Source: Candidatus Thalassarchaeaceae archaeon
Lineage (GTDB): Archaea; Thermoplasmatota; Poseidoniia; Poseidoniales; Thalassarchaeaceae
Reading direction: 5' to 3'
DNA: 64,000 bases
NCBI GenBank assembly: GCA_030747475.1
Contig: JASLKO010000180.1
Coordinates: 31,631 to 95,630 of the forward strand
In this document: one piece after another, positions 39,201 to 48,475 of the stretch
How positions within the stretch are numbered: the stretch's first letter is position 1
Layout: each line of letters starts with the position of its first letter
Position numbers and translations under genes: made by a program
The notes under the pieces: generated by a model
Database searches by the model: none
What the model was told of the DNA's origin: nothing
The model's input: the letters and a program-made list of their open reading frames with translations, nothing else

Positions 39201-42200
39201 ATTCGGGAACAATGGATACTCCTCAAATGACAATGTTTACCGTTACGATATTGCCAATATGACTCAACTCTCAACTCTCGATGTTGGTGCGTCGGAAGGA
39301 TACACTGCGATTGTCCACGGAATGGGTGCCGTTGGTGATATCATACATTTCGGAATTTCATCAACTCAACAATGGTGGGAAAGTGGACACATGGTACGGT
39401 GGAATCACACCAGTGATAGTTGGATGGATTCCATCGAGTCCAATGGCTTGGTTGAACGAGTCAATGCTAATTTCGCTGGTGATTGTAACCCAACACCAAC
39501 AAATTGCCATCTCTATGCAGCCTATGGTAACACCCCCCTCCATCAAATTGACATGAATGGAAATCTTGTCCAATCATGGGACGATTCAGTCATTGAAGGA
39601 CCCATTCGCGGTATCATCACATGGGATGGCGCAGTACTCTTTGGAACCGAGGACGGCATTGCTCGCTACAATTATTCAAGCAATTCATGGCTCTCTGATT
39701 GGACGGAGAACAATGGTCTTCCGAACAATGTTGAGAATGCCGTATACTCGATGAAAGTCATTGGCGATGATCTATGGGTCTCAACGATGGCAACCAGTGG
39801 CTGGAATCGGAACTCCAAGATTCTCCAACTTAACGGCACATCTGGTCAGTGGACTGCACACGATGTGGGTAGTGGCCAAATCCCAGAAGGATATGGCGCG
39901 GACATCGGTGTATGCAACGACATCGTCCACATCGCCCTGAATCGCTGGGCAGGGTGGGGTAGTCAAGGCGGTGTAGCACGATATGACCTAAACAGTAGTA
40001 CTTGGCTCCCCGATTGGAATCAAGGAAGTTCTGGTGGATTGCCACATGACAATCCTGTTGCAATCGCTTGTGATGAGGCCTACGACATCGTGTATATCGG
40101 ATTCGAAGAAGGCGATGGAAGTATTTCTCGTTATGATTATGTCAATTCTCAATTCCTTAGACTCATTGATGAAGATGATAATGTCATCAGTGAGCCAATT
40201 TTCCCTGGTGCCATGTATCACTATGGTGGCGGCCTGATCGTGGGGCACTACGACAATGGAGGCCTTACACTTGTGACAACATCTGCCACCCTTATCACGA
40301 GCATTATTCCGTTCAGTACTGGCTCAGAGGCAACTAGCATTTCTCCAGTTCCAAACGGTGGACCGTTTGAATTCGCAATTGGGCGAGCCGGTGGTTCAAG
40401 CGGCTACAATCGAGTTGATCAATTGGATCAAACAGGATTGATTCCAGGCGCATGGGACAATCTAGCGACACTGTCTACTGGACGAGTCGCAGAGTTCACA
40501 GGCAATGCTACCCACATTTGGGTCGCGCCAATCGACGACTACTACTCGACATATGGTTCTGCCATCCTTGAGGGCATCTACCAAGCAAACGGCAGCATCG
40601 AGTGGACACGTGCTTGGAATCTGAACTCATTATTGGTCAACGAGATGACTCTCGATGGAGACACTCTGTGGGTATCGACTTCTGGATTGGGGTTGCATCA
40701 GATTGATTTGACAACGAGTAATTATTCTTTCACTGGATTCCCATTACATGGTCAGATGGATGGCATGGATTGGTACGGTAACGAATTAATTGTGGGCCTC
40801 ATGGGCACGCCCTCGACTGCTGCAGGAGTACAGCGCTTTGACACCACTACTGGACAGTGGGGCGCCGGGCGAATTGCCGCAGGTCTACCAAGCAATTTCG
40901 TTCGCGACTTTGAGAAGATAGGAGACTTGGTTTACATCGCCACCCTTGCGGGCATTGGAGTATGGAACCTATCTGCAGATGATTGGGGGGATCCAATGAC
41001 CACCGCTGACGGCCTTCCCACACCGTTCATCGAATATTTGGATTCAGACAATGGCATCCTCATCATTGGCACACCTTCTGGTCTGATGTCCTACGAACCA
41101 GGAGTTGGGATTGGGCAAATGTATGGCCGCAATCAGGGATTAGTAGGTGATTCAGTTGATGGTATTGCCAAGATTACTGACCCGACAACAGGCCAAGTTA
41201 CTCTGTTTGTTAGCCATGATGGAGAGGGCCCAACTCGCCCTGGATTCAGCGAAGTCATTCCGCTGACCCAACCAGGGACTAGTTTTGGCTACAGGGTTCT
41301 AGATACTACTTTGATTGATGTTTTACCAAGTAATCTGATTACAGCTTTGGCTAGTGATTGGTGGGGTGTACACATTGCAACCAGAAGCAATCCATTGATG
41401 CATTGGAATGGTACCTCTGCAGAAATGGAACAAGGTTCCCCCTCGTCATCTCTGGCGTCTTGGCCAGTAGTTCATATGGATAGCAATGGTCAACACGTGA
41501 TTGCAATTTCAGAATTAGGTGTCGATTTACTCGACGTGACAGGCAATTTCCATACTGCTAGCCCCCTGACATCGTATGCAGGCTTTACGCGTGGAACCAT
41601 CACCTCTTCTGGCGTTTATGTTGTCGGGAGCGATGGATTACACGTGTGGAGTGGGCACCCTTCATTCATTGAGAAGAACCGATCAAACATGCGTAGAGCT
41701 GAACCGTTAATGATTAACTTCGGAGGCGACACCTTCGATGCTACCGAAGAAGCACGCCCAGGGAATCTCATCACGTTGGTTGATGCAAGTAATCCAGTCA
41801 TCCTCCCGATGTTTGGTACCGCTGGACCAGGAAACATTCCAATGACCCAAGACATGCTCACTCTAACCAGCCCAGTATCGAATGCAGCAACATGGGTCTC
41901 AAGTTCTAGATTGAATTATTCAGGTACATGGGATTTAGCAGCATTAGATTCTACATTGCAAGCAACAGTTCAGGTTGCCATTGACAACAGTCAACTAACA
42001 ATACAGGGCCGCAACCTCCACATTCAATTCCAGTCCCCACGAAATGGCTCTCTTGAGATTCGTTTAACCTATGATTGGGTACGAGCAGAATCCCCAAGTG
42101 AGATGATTGATCTCTTTGATCGTCCCAATGATGGGGGGGGGATTCTTGTTGCACAATGGACAGTGACTCAAGATCACACGTTCAACGCATACCGCATCTA

Positions 42201-44751
42201 TTTGCGGCCCGGAACAAACTGGACATCACCACCGACCTCTGCTGATTTAGTATCGACAATGTGGGATGCACGCTTCCCCAACTGGCAACGTGAAACCGCT
42301 GAATTGAACACACACGCGGGCCAACCTCTCATCGACGGCACCCCTTACTGGGCCGTCATTGTGATTGAATATCCGGATGGTTCCATTGGAGAACCGAGTG
42401 CACCATTCGGTCCAGCAACACCGACTGATGAAATCCCCGCGCCTCCTGAATGGGCGTCAGGTGGCCCCGTTCCGTACGAAGAAGGTGGCCAAGACGGTGA
42501 TTTATTCCTGGAGTGGGCACCTTGTACTGAATTGGATGCAGGCGTCACTAGATTCTGGCCATCGCATCAACCAATTACTGGAAACCCAATGGGTTTGCCC
42601 CGTTCTTTTGAATTGGCTCACGACGCTGGTAACAATACAACACTCACTCCACCAGGTGGAGCCGGCCATCCATTCTGGGTAGCATTCACTTGTGTGGATG
42701 AGGGTGGCCAGCATGACCCTGAGAATGCCACAATTATCGGTCCTATTGTACCTACAGGAGGAATCGATGATGGCACTGCACCTCTACCGATTGAGGATAT
42801 TGATGCATGGGATACACCTGATGATGAAGGCGGACGAATTAACGTCAGTTGGACAGCCAATCTTGAAGAAGATTGTTCATGGTATACCATCTATGCCACC
42901 CCTGCCATTTCTGAGAATCCTCCAGATTGGGCAGATGATGCAGAGATTGCAAGAATCGTGGTACCTTGTTTATTCAGGGATTCTCCAAACAATACAATCC
43001 AAGTTATCATCGATGATATAGGAGGCCAACCAATCATCGATCAGCAACCTTACTGGATTACTGTAGTCGCATCTGATAATTGGGCAAATGTCGATCATTG
43101 GAATGTGACATGGGTACAGGCGTTTAGCGTACAGAATACACTCGGAGTAACCCCTCCTCCACGTGTTGAGGATCTTCAAGCATGGGACCATCCAGATGAT
43201 GATGGTACAGCAATCGATGTTCAGTGGGCGCCAACCACTGTTGACGATTTTGCATTCTATGCGGTATGGGCAAGTGAACATCCAGTTCAGGACGTAGCCC
43301 TGAAGTGGATTGAATGTGAATCCAACCCTTCAGATTGTGGTATTTTAATCATAAATCAGCAACGACAATCGTGGAATGGTCCTATGCAGATTATTCTTGA
43401 AAATGCATTGTATGGAGGAGATTCTATCGCAGAAGCCACTGCGTCCCAAATCATCCCAAATCAACCAATTTGGGTTACTGTCACTATTCACGACGTCAAG
43501 GGCAATGCCTTCTTGACCAATCTTGGTGACCACATGACGCTTGTCACACCAATCAACAACTTTGGTGACATTATCGCACCTGATCGTTTACCTGAACCAA
43601 TCGTGGAGGATCGTCCCAATGACAATGGAAACGGGCTCAATGTACACTTTGAACAGAGTGATGAAAGTGACTTAGATCATTACGAAATTTATGCTGACGT
43701 GATACCCTTTGAGAACGTTGGAACCAGAGAAGCAGCAATGATCATTGATCGAGATGGTGATATCAATTTCCCATCTCAAGGTGGATTTGGTCAAGGTGGC
43801 GGACCAGGTGGCGGTCGGCAAGCCACGCCACCCTCTATCATGGTTGAACTAGAGAGATTATCCAATGGCATGGCAATCGACCCCGGTGTCATGATTTGGG
43901 TTGCTGTAGTGCCTGTAGACTCCTCTGGAAACGCGTGGTTGACAGATCTCAATGTAGCAACAGCAACAGCGGTTGATGACGGACTTACCGATCCAGGTTT
44001 GCATCTACCTGTCTTGGCAGGAGTGACTGCAAATTGGAATGCTGCAGGTTCTGACATCATTGTTGAGTGGACAGAATCGCGGGATCCTCAAGTTCAATCA
44101 TATGCGGTACACATCAGTGACGAACCATTCGATGACAATCGCTTTGCAATGGCGATTGATGAAATGTATCAGGGTACAACTGCTACATTGAATGCGACTA
44201 CATTGAATCTCACCAATGATCAGATTTGGTATGTTTCGGTGGTTGCTTCAGATGGAAGTGTGACGCGATTCGGTGTCGATTCTATTCGTGTTGAAATGTG
44301 GGACCCAGAATCAATGCCCGATGATGGAAATCAACCTAATGAGGAAGGTTCAGGCGCTTGGTGGGAAGAACTCAGTACATTGGAAATAGCATTGATTGCT
44401 ACACTGCTTTCCATGATTTTGTTACTCGCACTTGTCTTAGTTGTGAGACTTCGACGTCCACGCTACAATCCACTCGATCATGCGACATCAAATTGGGAAT
44501 TACAACTTGAAGATTGGAGTGATCCAGAGTTCTCCAACCCAGTAGTGCCTGAAGCTGGTGAATTAACAGAACCACCGGGCCTTGTACCTCAGGCATCACC
44601 CCCGCCTCAGAGCATCGTTGATTCAAACGCTGGATTTGCCCCGAAGCCAGAACCAGAAACTAATCTCGATGACATTGCAAGTGACTTGTTAGATATGACT
44701 ACGTCTAAGTCCACAGAAATCGACACATCATTCCTTGATGATTTGCTGTGA
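36280..44751 (+). CDS. Giant cell-surface protein D (about 2820 aa): signal peptide, many Reg_prop-type ('two-component regulator propeller') beta-propeller repeats, about five FN3-like modules, single C-terminal TM, acidic cytoplasmic tail
   Basis: ORF 36271 (GTG) / ATG 36280. Signal LLASWLPLGSPWVASAHV. Recurrent LWVGTxxGGxxxxD / IWVGHNEGAGVIDV / LWVSTSGLGLHQIDL blades. Repeated xDxPxDxGxxIxVxWxxxxxxDxxxYxIY modules near the C-terminus. TM LEIALIATLLSMILLLALVLVV. Confidence 0.85.
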   Translation: MSAPSQAQYPLSSKRRALTLVTIMLLASWLPLGSPWVASAHVGIVAEWGSEGTNDTGWIRMDAATTATDTQSAMDNLMLNFAPGAVIDNLTFEVRVNGSDGIWADQPQLLLPDAPASILDWRGLGGFGVQDNFIGADPHSSRLSPNSDSNAGWVLPGGSTVTDVVIEALRPADPLISMQQINVEITDSETHPIDGRLYFATADALVQVDFQNTPPVIEVNFLQEDILDMTIDVSQDYLHVACTDGQIRVFSLTDSSLVGNYTSPFGEAVHQLESVGPGSLVATNGETLWDVTITSTLTSTWIDLGNLATDGSPATDLLVVSTDVWVATDGAGLFHYGSGGMGIQQYDTQNALPSDRVVDLEMAGTHLLIATADAGITRRDLSTNSWLATWNSGNWLASDDIAQMSSIDGWVHIIAGDTVHSYNTTSLSFLSSWTMNNLDLSRDSGNALIPWHGGGSRAPVHHSVLVGDGSGTFTILNPHTQGSGGNQGTWQQMVFATGPTEDDMQDAVELNGILYIAAGEQVERFDLNRNRWLLPLKGDMNPYASDVLCITTDGSDLFIGTSTAGIIQITLNGTVVQSQNAAQWQTSDGLSANEVTDIAYEPGTGQIVSIHPSSGISVVNPLSGIITQTWTTFNGLSSNNMNALTVRGGIAYAGTSNQGIERIDITNVTRLTPWTSTGMDDVDSMPIATDGTMLYLGVYGYGVIVYNLSSGEQTDLWQRTGGNGPGQGNQIPSNNVLSLAVLSSGTVLVGTTNGGAQHTSAGWSQMGSTGNEFADEFYDWDFDNQYIYAATETGVCQWTRSGLAFQKCWDDNPDGLPAQFAYSIELIEPGRIWVGHNEGAGVIDVTNDTVIKAWQAGVETNNAKTIVIGDVAYIGYDGVGVLRYDLITDEWLSPWDAVTTNLLESNGVTAMVQDIDPNRLWVGGDMGLNLIDVVNATLVVDWDSGTNTGGITLSNQEPGELVIIGDTMYYMQVRFGNNGYSSNDNVYRYDIANMTQLSTLDVGASEGYTAIVHGMGAVGDIIHFGISSTQQWWESGHMVRWNHTSDSWMDSIESNGLVERVNANFAGDCNPTPTNCHLYAAYGNTPLHQIDMNGNLVQSWDDSVIEGPIRGIITWDGAVLFGTEDGIARYNYSSNSWLSDWTENNGLPNNVENAVYSMKVIGDDLWVSTMATSGWNRNSKILQLNGTSGQWTAHDVGSGQIPEGYGADIGVCNDIVHIALNRWAGWGSQGGVARYDLNSSTWLPDWNQGSSGGLPHDNPVAIACDEAYDIVYIGFEEGDGSISRYDYVNSQFLRLIDEDDNVISEPIFPGAMYHYGGGLIVGHYDNGGLTLVTTSATLITSIIPFSTGSEATSISPVPNGGPFEFAIGRAGGSSGYNRVDQLDQTGLIPGAWDNLATLSTGRVAEFTGNATHIWVAPIDDYYSTYGSAILEGIYQANGSIEWTRAWNLNSLLVNEMTLDGDTLWVSTSGLGLHQIDLTTSNYSFTGFPLHGQMDGMDWYGNELIVGLMGTPSTAAGVQRFDTTTGQWGAGRIAAGLPSNFVRDFEKIGDLVYIATLAGIGVWNLSADDWGDPMTTADGLPTPFIEYLDSDNGILIIGTPSGLMSYEPGVGIGQMYGRNQGLVGDSVDGIAKITDPTTGQVTLFVSHDGEGPTRPGFSEVIPLTQPGTSFGYRVLDTTLIDVLPSNLITALASDWWGVHIATRSNPLMHWNGTSAEMEQGSPSSSLASWPVVHMDSNGQHVIAISELGVDLLDVTGNFHTASPLTSYAGFTRGTITSSGVYVVGSDGLHVWSGHPSFIEKNRSNMRRAEPLMINFGGDTFDATEEARPGNLITLVDASNPVILPMFGTAGPGNIPMTQDMLTLTSPVSNAATWVSSSRLNYSGTWDLAALDSTLQATVQVAIDNSQLTIQGRNLHIQFQSPRNGSLEIRLTYDWVRAESPSEMIDLFDRPNDGGGILVAQWTVTQDHTFNAYRIYLRPGTNWTSPPTSADLVSTMWDARFPNWQRETAELNTHAGQPLIDGTPYWAVIVIEYPDGSIGEPSAPFGPATPTDEIPAPPEWASGGPVPYEEGGQDGDLFLEWAPCTELDAGVTRFWPSHQPITGNPMGLPRSFELAHDAGNNTTLTPPGGAGHPFWVAFTCVDEGGQHDPENATIIGPIVPTGGIDDGTAPLPIEDIDAWDTPDDEGGRINVSWTANLEEDCSWYTIYATPAISENPPDWADDAEIARIVVPCLFRDSPNNTIQVIIDDIGGQPIIDQQPYWITVVASDNWANVDHWNVTWVQAFSVQNTLGVTPPPRVEDLQAWDHPDDDGTAIDVQWAPTTVDDFAFYAVWASEHPVQDVALKWIECESNPSDCGILIINQQRQSWNGPMQIILENALYGGDSIAEATASQIIPNQPIWVTVTIHDVKGNAFLTNLGDHMTLVTPINNFGDIIAPDRLPEPIVEDRPNDNGNGLNVHFEQSDESDLDHYEIYADVIPFENVGTREAAMIIDRDGDINFPSQGGFGQGGGPGGGRQATPPSIMVELERLSNGMAIDPGVMIWVAVVPVDSSGNAWLTDLNVATATAVDDGLTDPGLHLPVLAGVTANWNAAGSDIIVEWTESRDPQVQSYAVHISDEPFDDNRFAMAIDEMYQGTTATLNATTLNLTNDQIWYVSVVASDGSVTRFGVDSIRVEMWDPESMPDDGNQPNEEGSGAWWEELSTLEIALIATLLSMILLLALVLVVRLRRPRYNPLDHATSNWELQLEDWSDPEFSNPVVPEAGELTEPPGLVPQASPPPQSIVDSNAGFAPKPEPETNLDDIASDLLDMTTSKSTEIDTSFLDDLL
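42133..42141 (+). repeat. G9 homopolymer tract inside coding sequence of protein D (codes NDGGGIL)
   Basis: aatgatgggggggggattctt read directly. Confidence 0.9.
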
Positions 44752-44800
44752 ACGATGGGCGTGCTTTGAAGCACAGCAGAACATCCGGAGGGTGGGGCCC

Positions 44801-45547
44801 ATGGATGACGACCCGCCTCTTGGCGCATCTGTATTCACAACATTACGATGGGATGGATCACGCGTTGCATGGCTAGACAGGCACATACTACGCCTACGCA
44901 GACACGCAGAATGCCTTGAAATTGAATGGCCCACTGATTTCGATCAGCGGTTAGCATCTACAACGCTTGATGGGGACGGAAATTTATGTCAAATTTCGTT
45001 AAATCGAGATGGTGAAATTAGGTTGACTCTGCGAAGAACAGAATATCCTCACTCTCCACTAACTGCAATTTCACAAGTGGCCCCTCGATTCAATCAAAGA
45101 GTTCAGGGAACCAAGCATGATGATTGGTCAGCATACCAAATCGCCCGAAAGAATGCGAAAGATTCTGGTGCAGACATTGCATTATTGGTACACAACGGAA
45201 TCATTGTTGATGGCGATCGGTGTACACCTATATTGTTGGATATCGATGGAATCGCATATGCTCCAGAACCAGATGGCGGAGGCGTAGATTCAGTGACATT
45301 AGAAGTCCTTTCTCCAGCCATAGAGGCGTCCGGGATTCCATTCAGACGCGCTAGATTGACCGAGAAGTTACTTGGGCGCGCGCGCGAAATCATCGTTGTT
45401 GGCACAGGCGTAGGAGTCGCATGGTTGAATCAAATTGATGGGCAACCCATAGGCACCAATTCATCGGGGCCACTGTACACTACGTGCGCGTTAGCCTTTG
45501 AATCCAAACTTCGTGATTCATGGACAGATTTGGAGGCTAGAAATTGA
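44801..45547 (+). CDS. pabC: Class IV aminotransferase-fold protein, probable 4-amino-4-deoxychorismate lyase (PabC)
   Basis: N-term FTTLRWDGSRVAWLDRHILRLRRHAECLEI and C-term EIIVVGTGVGVAWLNQIDGQ fit ADC-lyase/BCAT fold patterns. The stop overlaps (ATGA) the start of the pabAB fusion gene. The internal ATG 44801 is preferred because the ORF-table start overlaps gene D. Confidence 0.6.
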   Translation: MDDDPPLGASVFTTLRWDGSRVAWLDRHILRLRRHAECLEIEWPTDFDQRLASTTLDGDGNLCQISLNRDGEIRLTLRRTEYPHSPLTAISQVAPRFNQRVQGTKHDDWSAYQIARKNAKDSGADIALLVHNGIIVDGDRCTPILLDIDGIAYAPEPDGGGVDSVTLEVLSPAIEASGIPFRRARLTEKLLGRAREIIVVGTGVGVAWLNQIDGQPIGTNSSGPLYTTCALAFESKLRDSWTDLEARN

Positions 45548-47814
45548 TTCCCTCTACTCAATCATCGACCTTGGATTCGACACCATTGGATGTATTGGTG
45601 CATCTGCGTAATACCAATCTCATCGGAGAAGGGAATTTGTTTGGTGCGCCTGATGAACTCCTGTTATATTCAGGTGGCCCGGAAAGTGACTTAGCTCGCA
45701 ACAGTTTACTGATGGGCCCCCCCACAATGCGTTTCCTTGTTCGCCAACCATCACGCACAGAACTTCCAGTACTTTCTGCAAATCACTCGCCCCTCTCTGG
45801 TGAAATCAAAATTCAAAATCAATTGACATCAATGAAAATTGATGTTCAAATCTGGAACAATGGCTGGCATTTTGAAACACAACACACAGGAAATGGATTG
45901 GCAGATGGTTTGCGTGCATGCGAATCATATTTGTCTTCCACAAATCGTTCTGAATTCACTCCAGGTGGGTTTGCCGGTTTGTTGACCTATGACATGGTCC
46001 AATTCACTGAACCTTTACAATTTAGACATCTACCAGAAGAAAATGAAACCTTGATGGTACTCTATCGTTCAGATCGATGGATTATTCACAACCGCCAAAA
46101 GGACTGCCTAGAAGCACATTCCACGATTGAAGGTGATACATGGTTAACAGCGGTTGAAACTCTCCTTTCAAATCCAATTCCTACTAGAGATGAATTCCAC
46201 AGGCCCAAATCAGTTACTCCATCTTCTGAATCTGATTCTGAACACATGGAGAAGATCCGACGAACTCAAAACGCAATCAGAGAGGGTGTCCTTTACCAAT
46301 TGAATTATGGCCGAAAATGGGGGGGAATAATCGAGTCTCCTTGGAGGGTGTTTGAACAGTTAGCGCAAGACAACCCGGCACCTTGTGCAGCGTGGCTTTC
46401 CGCCCCCGATCTCGATTTAGCAATCATGAGTAGTAGCCCCGAACTCCTATTGCGTCAAGAGGGAGAAACAGTTTCTACGCGCCCAATTAAGGGTACGCGC
46501 CCGCGAGGGGACGATGCAGAACACGATGCAAACCTTCGCGGTGAATTGGTTGGTAGCCAAAAGGAAATTGCAGAACACCTTATGTTAGTCGATTTAGAAC
46601 GAAACGACCTTGGCCGAATATGTACGCCTGGCAGTGTTTATTGGAAGCGCTGGCGCATCGAATCATATCCTCATGTACAACACATGGTGAGTGAGATTGA
46701 AGGTCAATTACGCGATGATTGTGACGGTTTCGATGCATTACAATCACTATTCCCTGGGGGTAGCATCACAGGTTGTCCAAAAACCGCAACGATTGCAGCA
46801 ATCGATGAATTGGAGGCAACTCCTCGTCGAGTATGGACGGGTTCCATCGGTCACATCGACCCTCGTACAAGTATTTCTGAATGGAATATTTTGATTCGCA
46901 CAATCGACACACGATTGGAATCAGGACATTGGCAAGCGACCATCCAAGCAGGGGGTGGATTGGTCATCGGTTCTGATCCAATCCAAGAGGTAGAGGAAGC
47001 GAAATGGAAGGCCCATGCTCTTTGTCAAGCAGCCTGGGATTACGCACCGGTGACGACATCAATCCATTCACCCAGGGGTCTCAATGCGGTTAGCCTTCAC
47101 CCTATTCCACCCATTACGAATACAGTTAGACAATTGATTGAAAGTAGAGATGTTGGCCTTATTCAGCAATCGATATCCGATGCCCCTTCACCTGTAAAGT
47201 GGACTCCTAATCTTCGATTGCCTCAACTTGAAAGAGGTCACCGTATCTTGTTCGTCGACAATCTAGATTCATTTTCATGGAATATTGTTCATGCATTTGC
47301 AACACTTGGTGCAGAAGTAATAGTCATCCCAGGGCGTGGGGGACCTATCGATTCAGAACATCTGCTAGAATCTCTAAATCCTACTCACATTGTATTGGGG
47401 CCGGGGCCCGGAAGGCCTGAGCAATCTCAACTCACAATGAATATGGCGAGATTGGCATTTTCAGGCAATGCTCCACCATTGCTAGGCATTTGTTTGGGCC
47501 ACCAAGCCATTGGGTTAACAGCAGGCTGGCCCCTTATCCCATCTCCATTGGGCGCTGTACACGGCGTCCCTGAATCAATTACTTCTGAGGATGAGACATT
47601 AATGATGACCAGATATCACAGCTTAATCCTATATCCAGATGAGTCAACAGTTATCAATTCAGAATTGGAAGTCATTGCACGTGATGCAACTACTGAATCA
47701 CTCATTATGGCAGTAAAACACCAATCCATTCCAATTTTTGGCTATCAGTTCCACCCAGAGTCCTCTGGTTCGGTAGATGGTGTTTCAATTCTTGCGGACT
47801 TCCTTGCATGCTGA
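45544..47814 (+). CDS. pabAB: Fused aminodeoxychorismate (or anthranilate) synthase component I plus glutamine amidotransferase component II (PabB-PabA fusion)
   Basis: Chorismate-binding core: PIKGTRPRG, HLMLVDLERNDLGRIC, GGSITGCPK. C-terminal GATase-1: ILFVDNLDSFSWNIVHAF...ICLGHQAIG...GYQFHPES. Assigned to pab rather than trp because of the adjacent pabC-like gene. Confidence 0.8.
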   Translation: MIPSTQSSTLDSTPLDVLVHLRNTNLIGEGNLFGAPDELLLYSGGPESDLARNSLLMGPPTMRFLVRQPSRTELPVLSANHSPLSGEIKIQNQLTSMKIDVQIWNNGWHFETQHTGNGLADGLRACESYLSSTNRSEFTPGGFAGLLTYDMVQFTEPLQFRHLPEENETLMVLYRSDRWIIHNRQKDCLEAHSTIEGDTWLTAVETLLSNPIPTRDEFHRPKSVTPSSESDSEHMEKIRRTQNAIREGVLYQLNYGRKWGGIIESPWRVFEQLAQDNPAPCAAWLSAPDLDLAIMSSSPELLLRQEGETVSTRPIKGTRPRGDDAEHDANLRGELVGSQKEIAEHLMLVDLERNDLGRICTPGSVYWKRWRIESYPHVQHMVSEIEGQLRDDCDGFDALQSLFPGGSITGCPKTATIAAIDELEATPRRVWTGSIGHIDPRTSISEWNILIRTIDTRLESGHWQATIQAGGGLVIGSDPIQEVEEAKWKAHALCQAAWDYAPVTTSIHSPRGLNAVSLHPIPPITNTVRQLIESRDVGLIQQSISDAPSPVKWTPNLRLPQLERGHRILFVDNLDSFSWNIVHAFATLGAEVIVIPGRGGPIDSEHLLESLNPTHIVLGPGPGRPEQSQLTMNMARLAFSGNAPPLLGICLGHQAIGLTAGWPLIPSPLGAVHGVPESITSEDETLMMTRYHSLILYPDESTVINSELEVIARDATTESLIMAVKHQSIPIFGYQFHPESSGSVDGVSILADFLAC

Positions 47815-47857
47815 GACTACGAAGTGTTCAAGAAATGCCCACTGTTCGACTGGTTTA

Positions 47858-48220
47858 ATGCCAACTTGTCGTCTGTGTAAATCGACCTATCCGGCAGACC
47901 AGTTCATCGATGGCAATGGCCCAAGACATCTGGTATGTGTGCGATGTGCAGTGGATGAAGGGTACCTTGCAGCAGAGGATGTCAGTAATTTGTACGATGA
48001 TCAAACCGCTAAGGCAAGAATGTCACTCTTTGCTCGCCGTTATGGGCCCATTTTCTGGCTGTTTGTATGCTGGACCCTGTGGGCATTGCTCTTCCAAGGA
48101 ATTGACTTGTGGACCACTCTGACAATGGGTGCTCTCATCCTTGCGACCTTGGGAGTCCCAATCATGTTCTTCCTTCGAACAGCGAAATTCCAAGCACAAC
48201 TACGACAGTTGACGCCTTGA
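47858..48220 (+). CDS. Small zinc-ribbon (CxxC...CxxC) membrane protein, hypothetical
   Basis: MPTCRLCKSTYPADQFIDGNGPRHLVCVRCAVDEGY followed by two hydrophobic helices. Confidence 0.4.
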   Translation: MPTCRLCKSTYPADQFIDGNGPRHLVCVRCAVDEGYLAAEDVSNLYDDQTAKARMSLFARRYGPIFWLFVCWTLWALLFQGIDLWTTLTMGALILATLGVPIMFFLRTAKFQAQLRQLTP

Positions 48221-48228
48221 ATCACATA

Positions 48229-48267
48229 CAGAGAGTTGGGGCCTACGGCCTTCCACCCAACTCTCTG
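48229..48267 (+). terminator. Strong hairpin CAGAGAGTTGGG-(15 nt)-CCCAACTCTCTG (perfect 12-bp stem) 9 nt after the stop of the zinc-ribbon gene. It opens a 255-bp structured intergenic region.
   Basis: Read directly. Followed by a second element built on two self-complementary CTCGAG hexamers (GACTCGAGtaagaacgaacccccACTCGAGc, about 48290-48320). Confidence 0.4.
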
Positions 48268-48475
48268 CTGTTAGTTCTCACAGAGTTTTGACTCGAGTAA
48301 GAACGAACCCCCACTCGAGCGTGTTCTCTGTTACATTGCACACAATAGATGTCACAACACAAGAAAAACAGCAACGAAGAAGTGGTAGCACGACTTATCT
48401 CACAAGGGTGGAAGGTGTGCAAAGAATCTGATGATGGCCGAGAAGTATGGTTGACGAAAAGGGGGGTTTGCTGAA

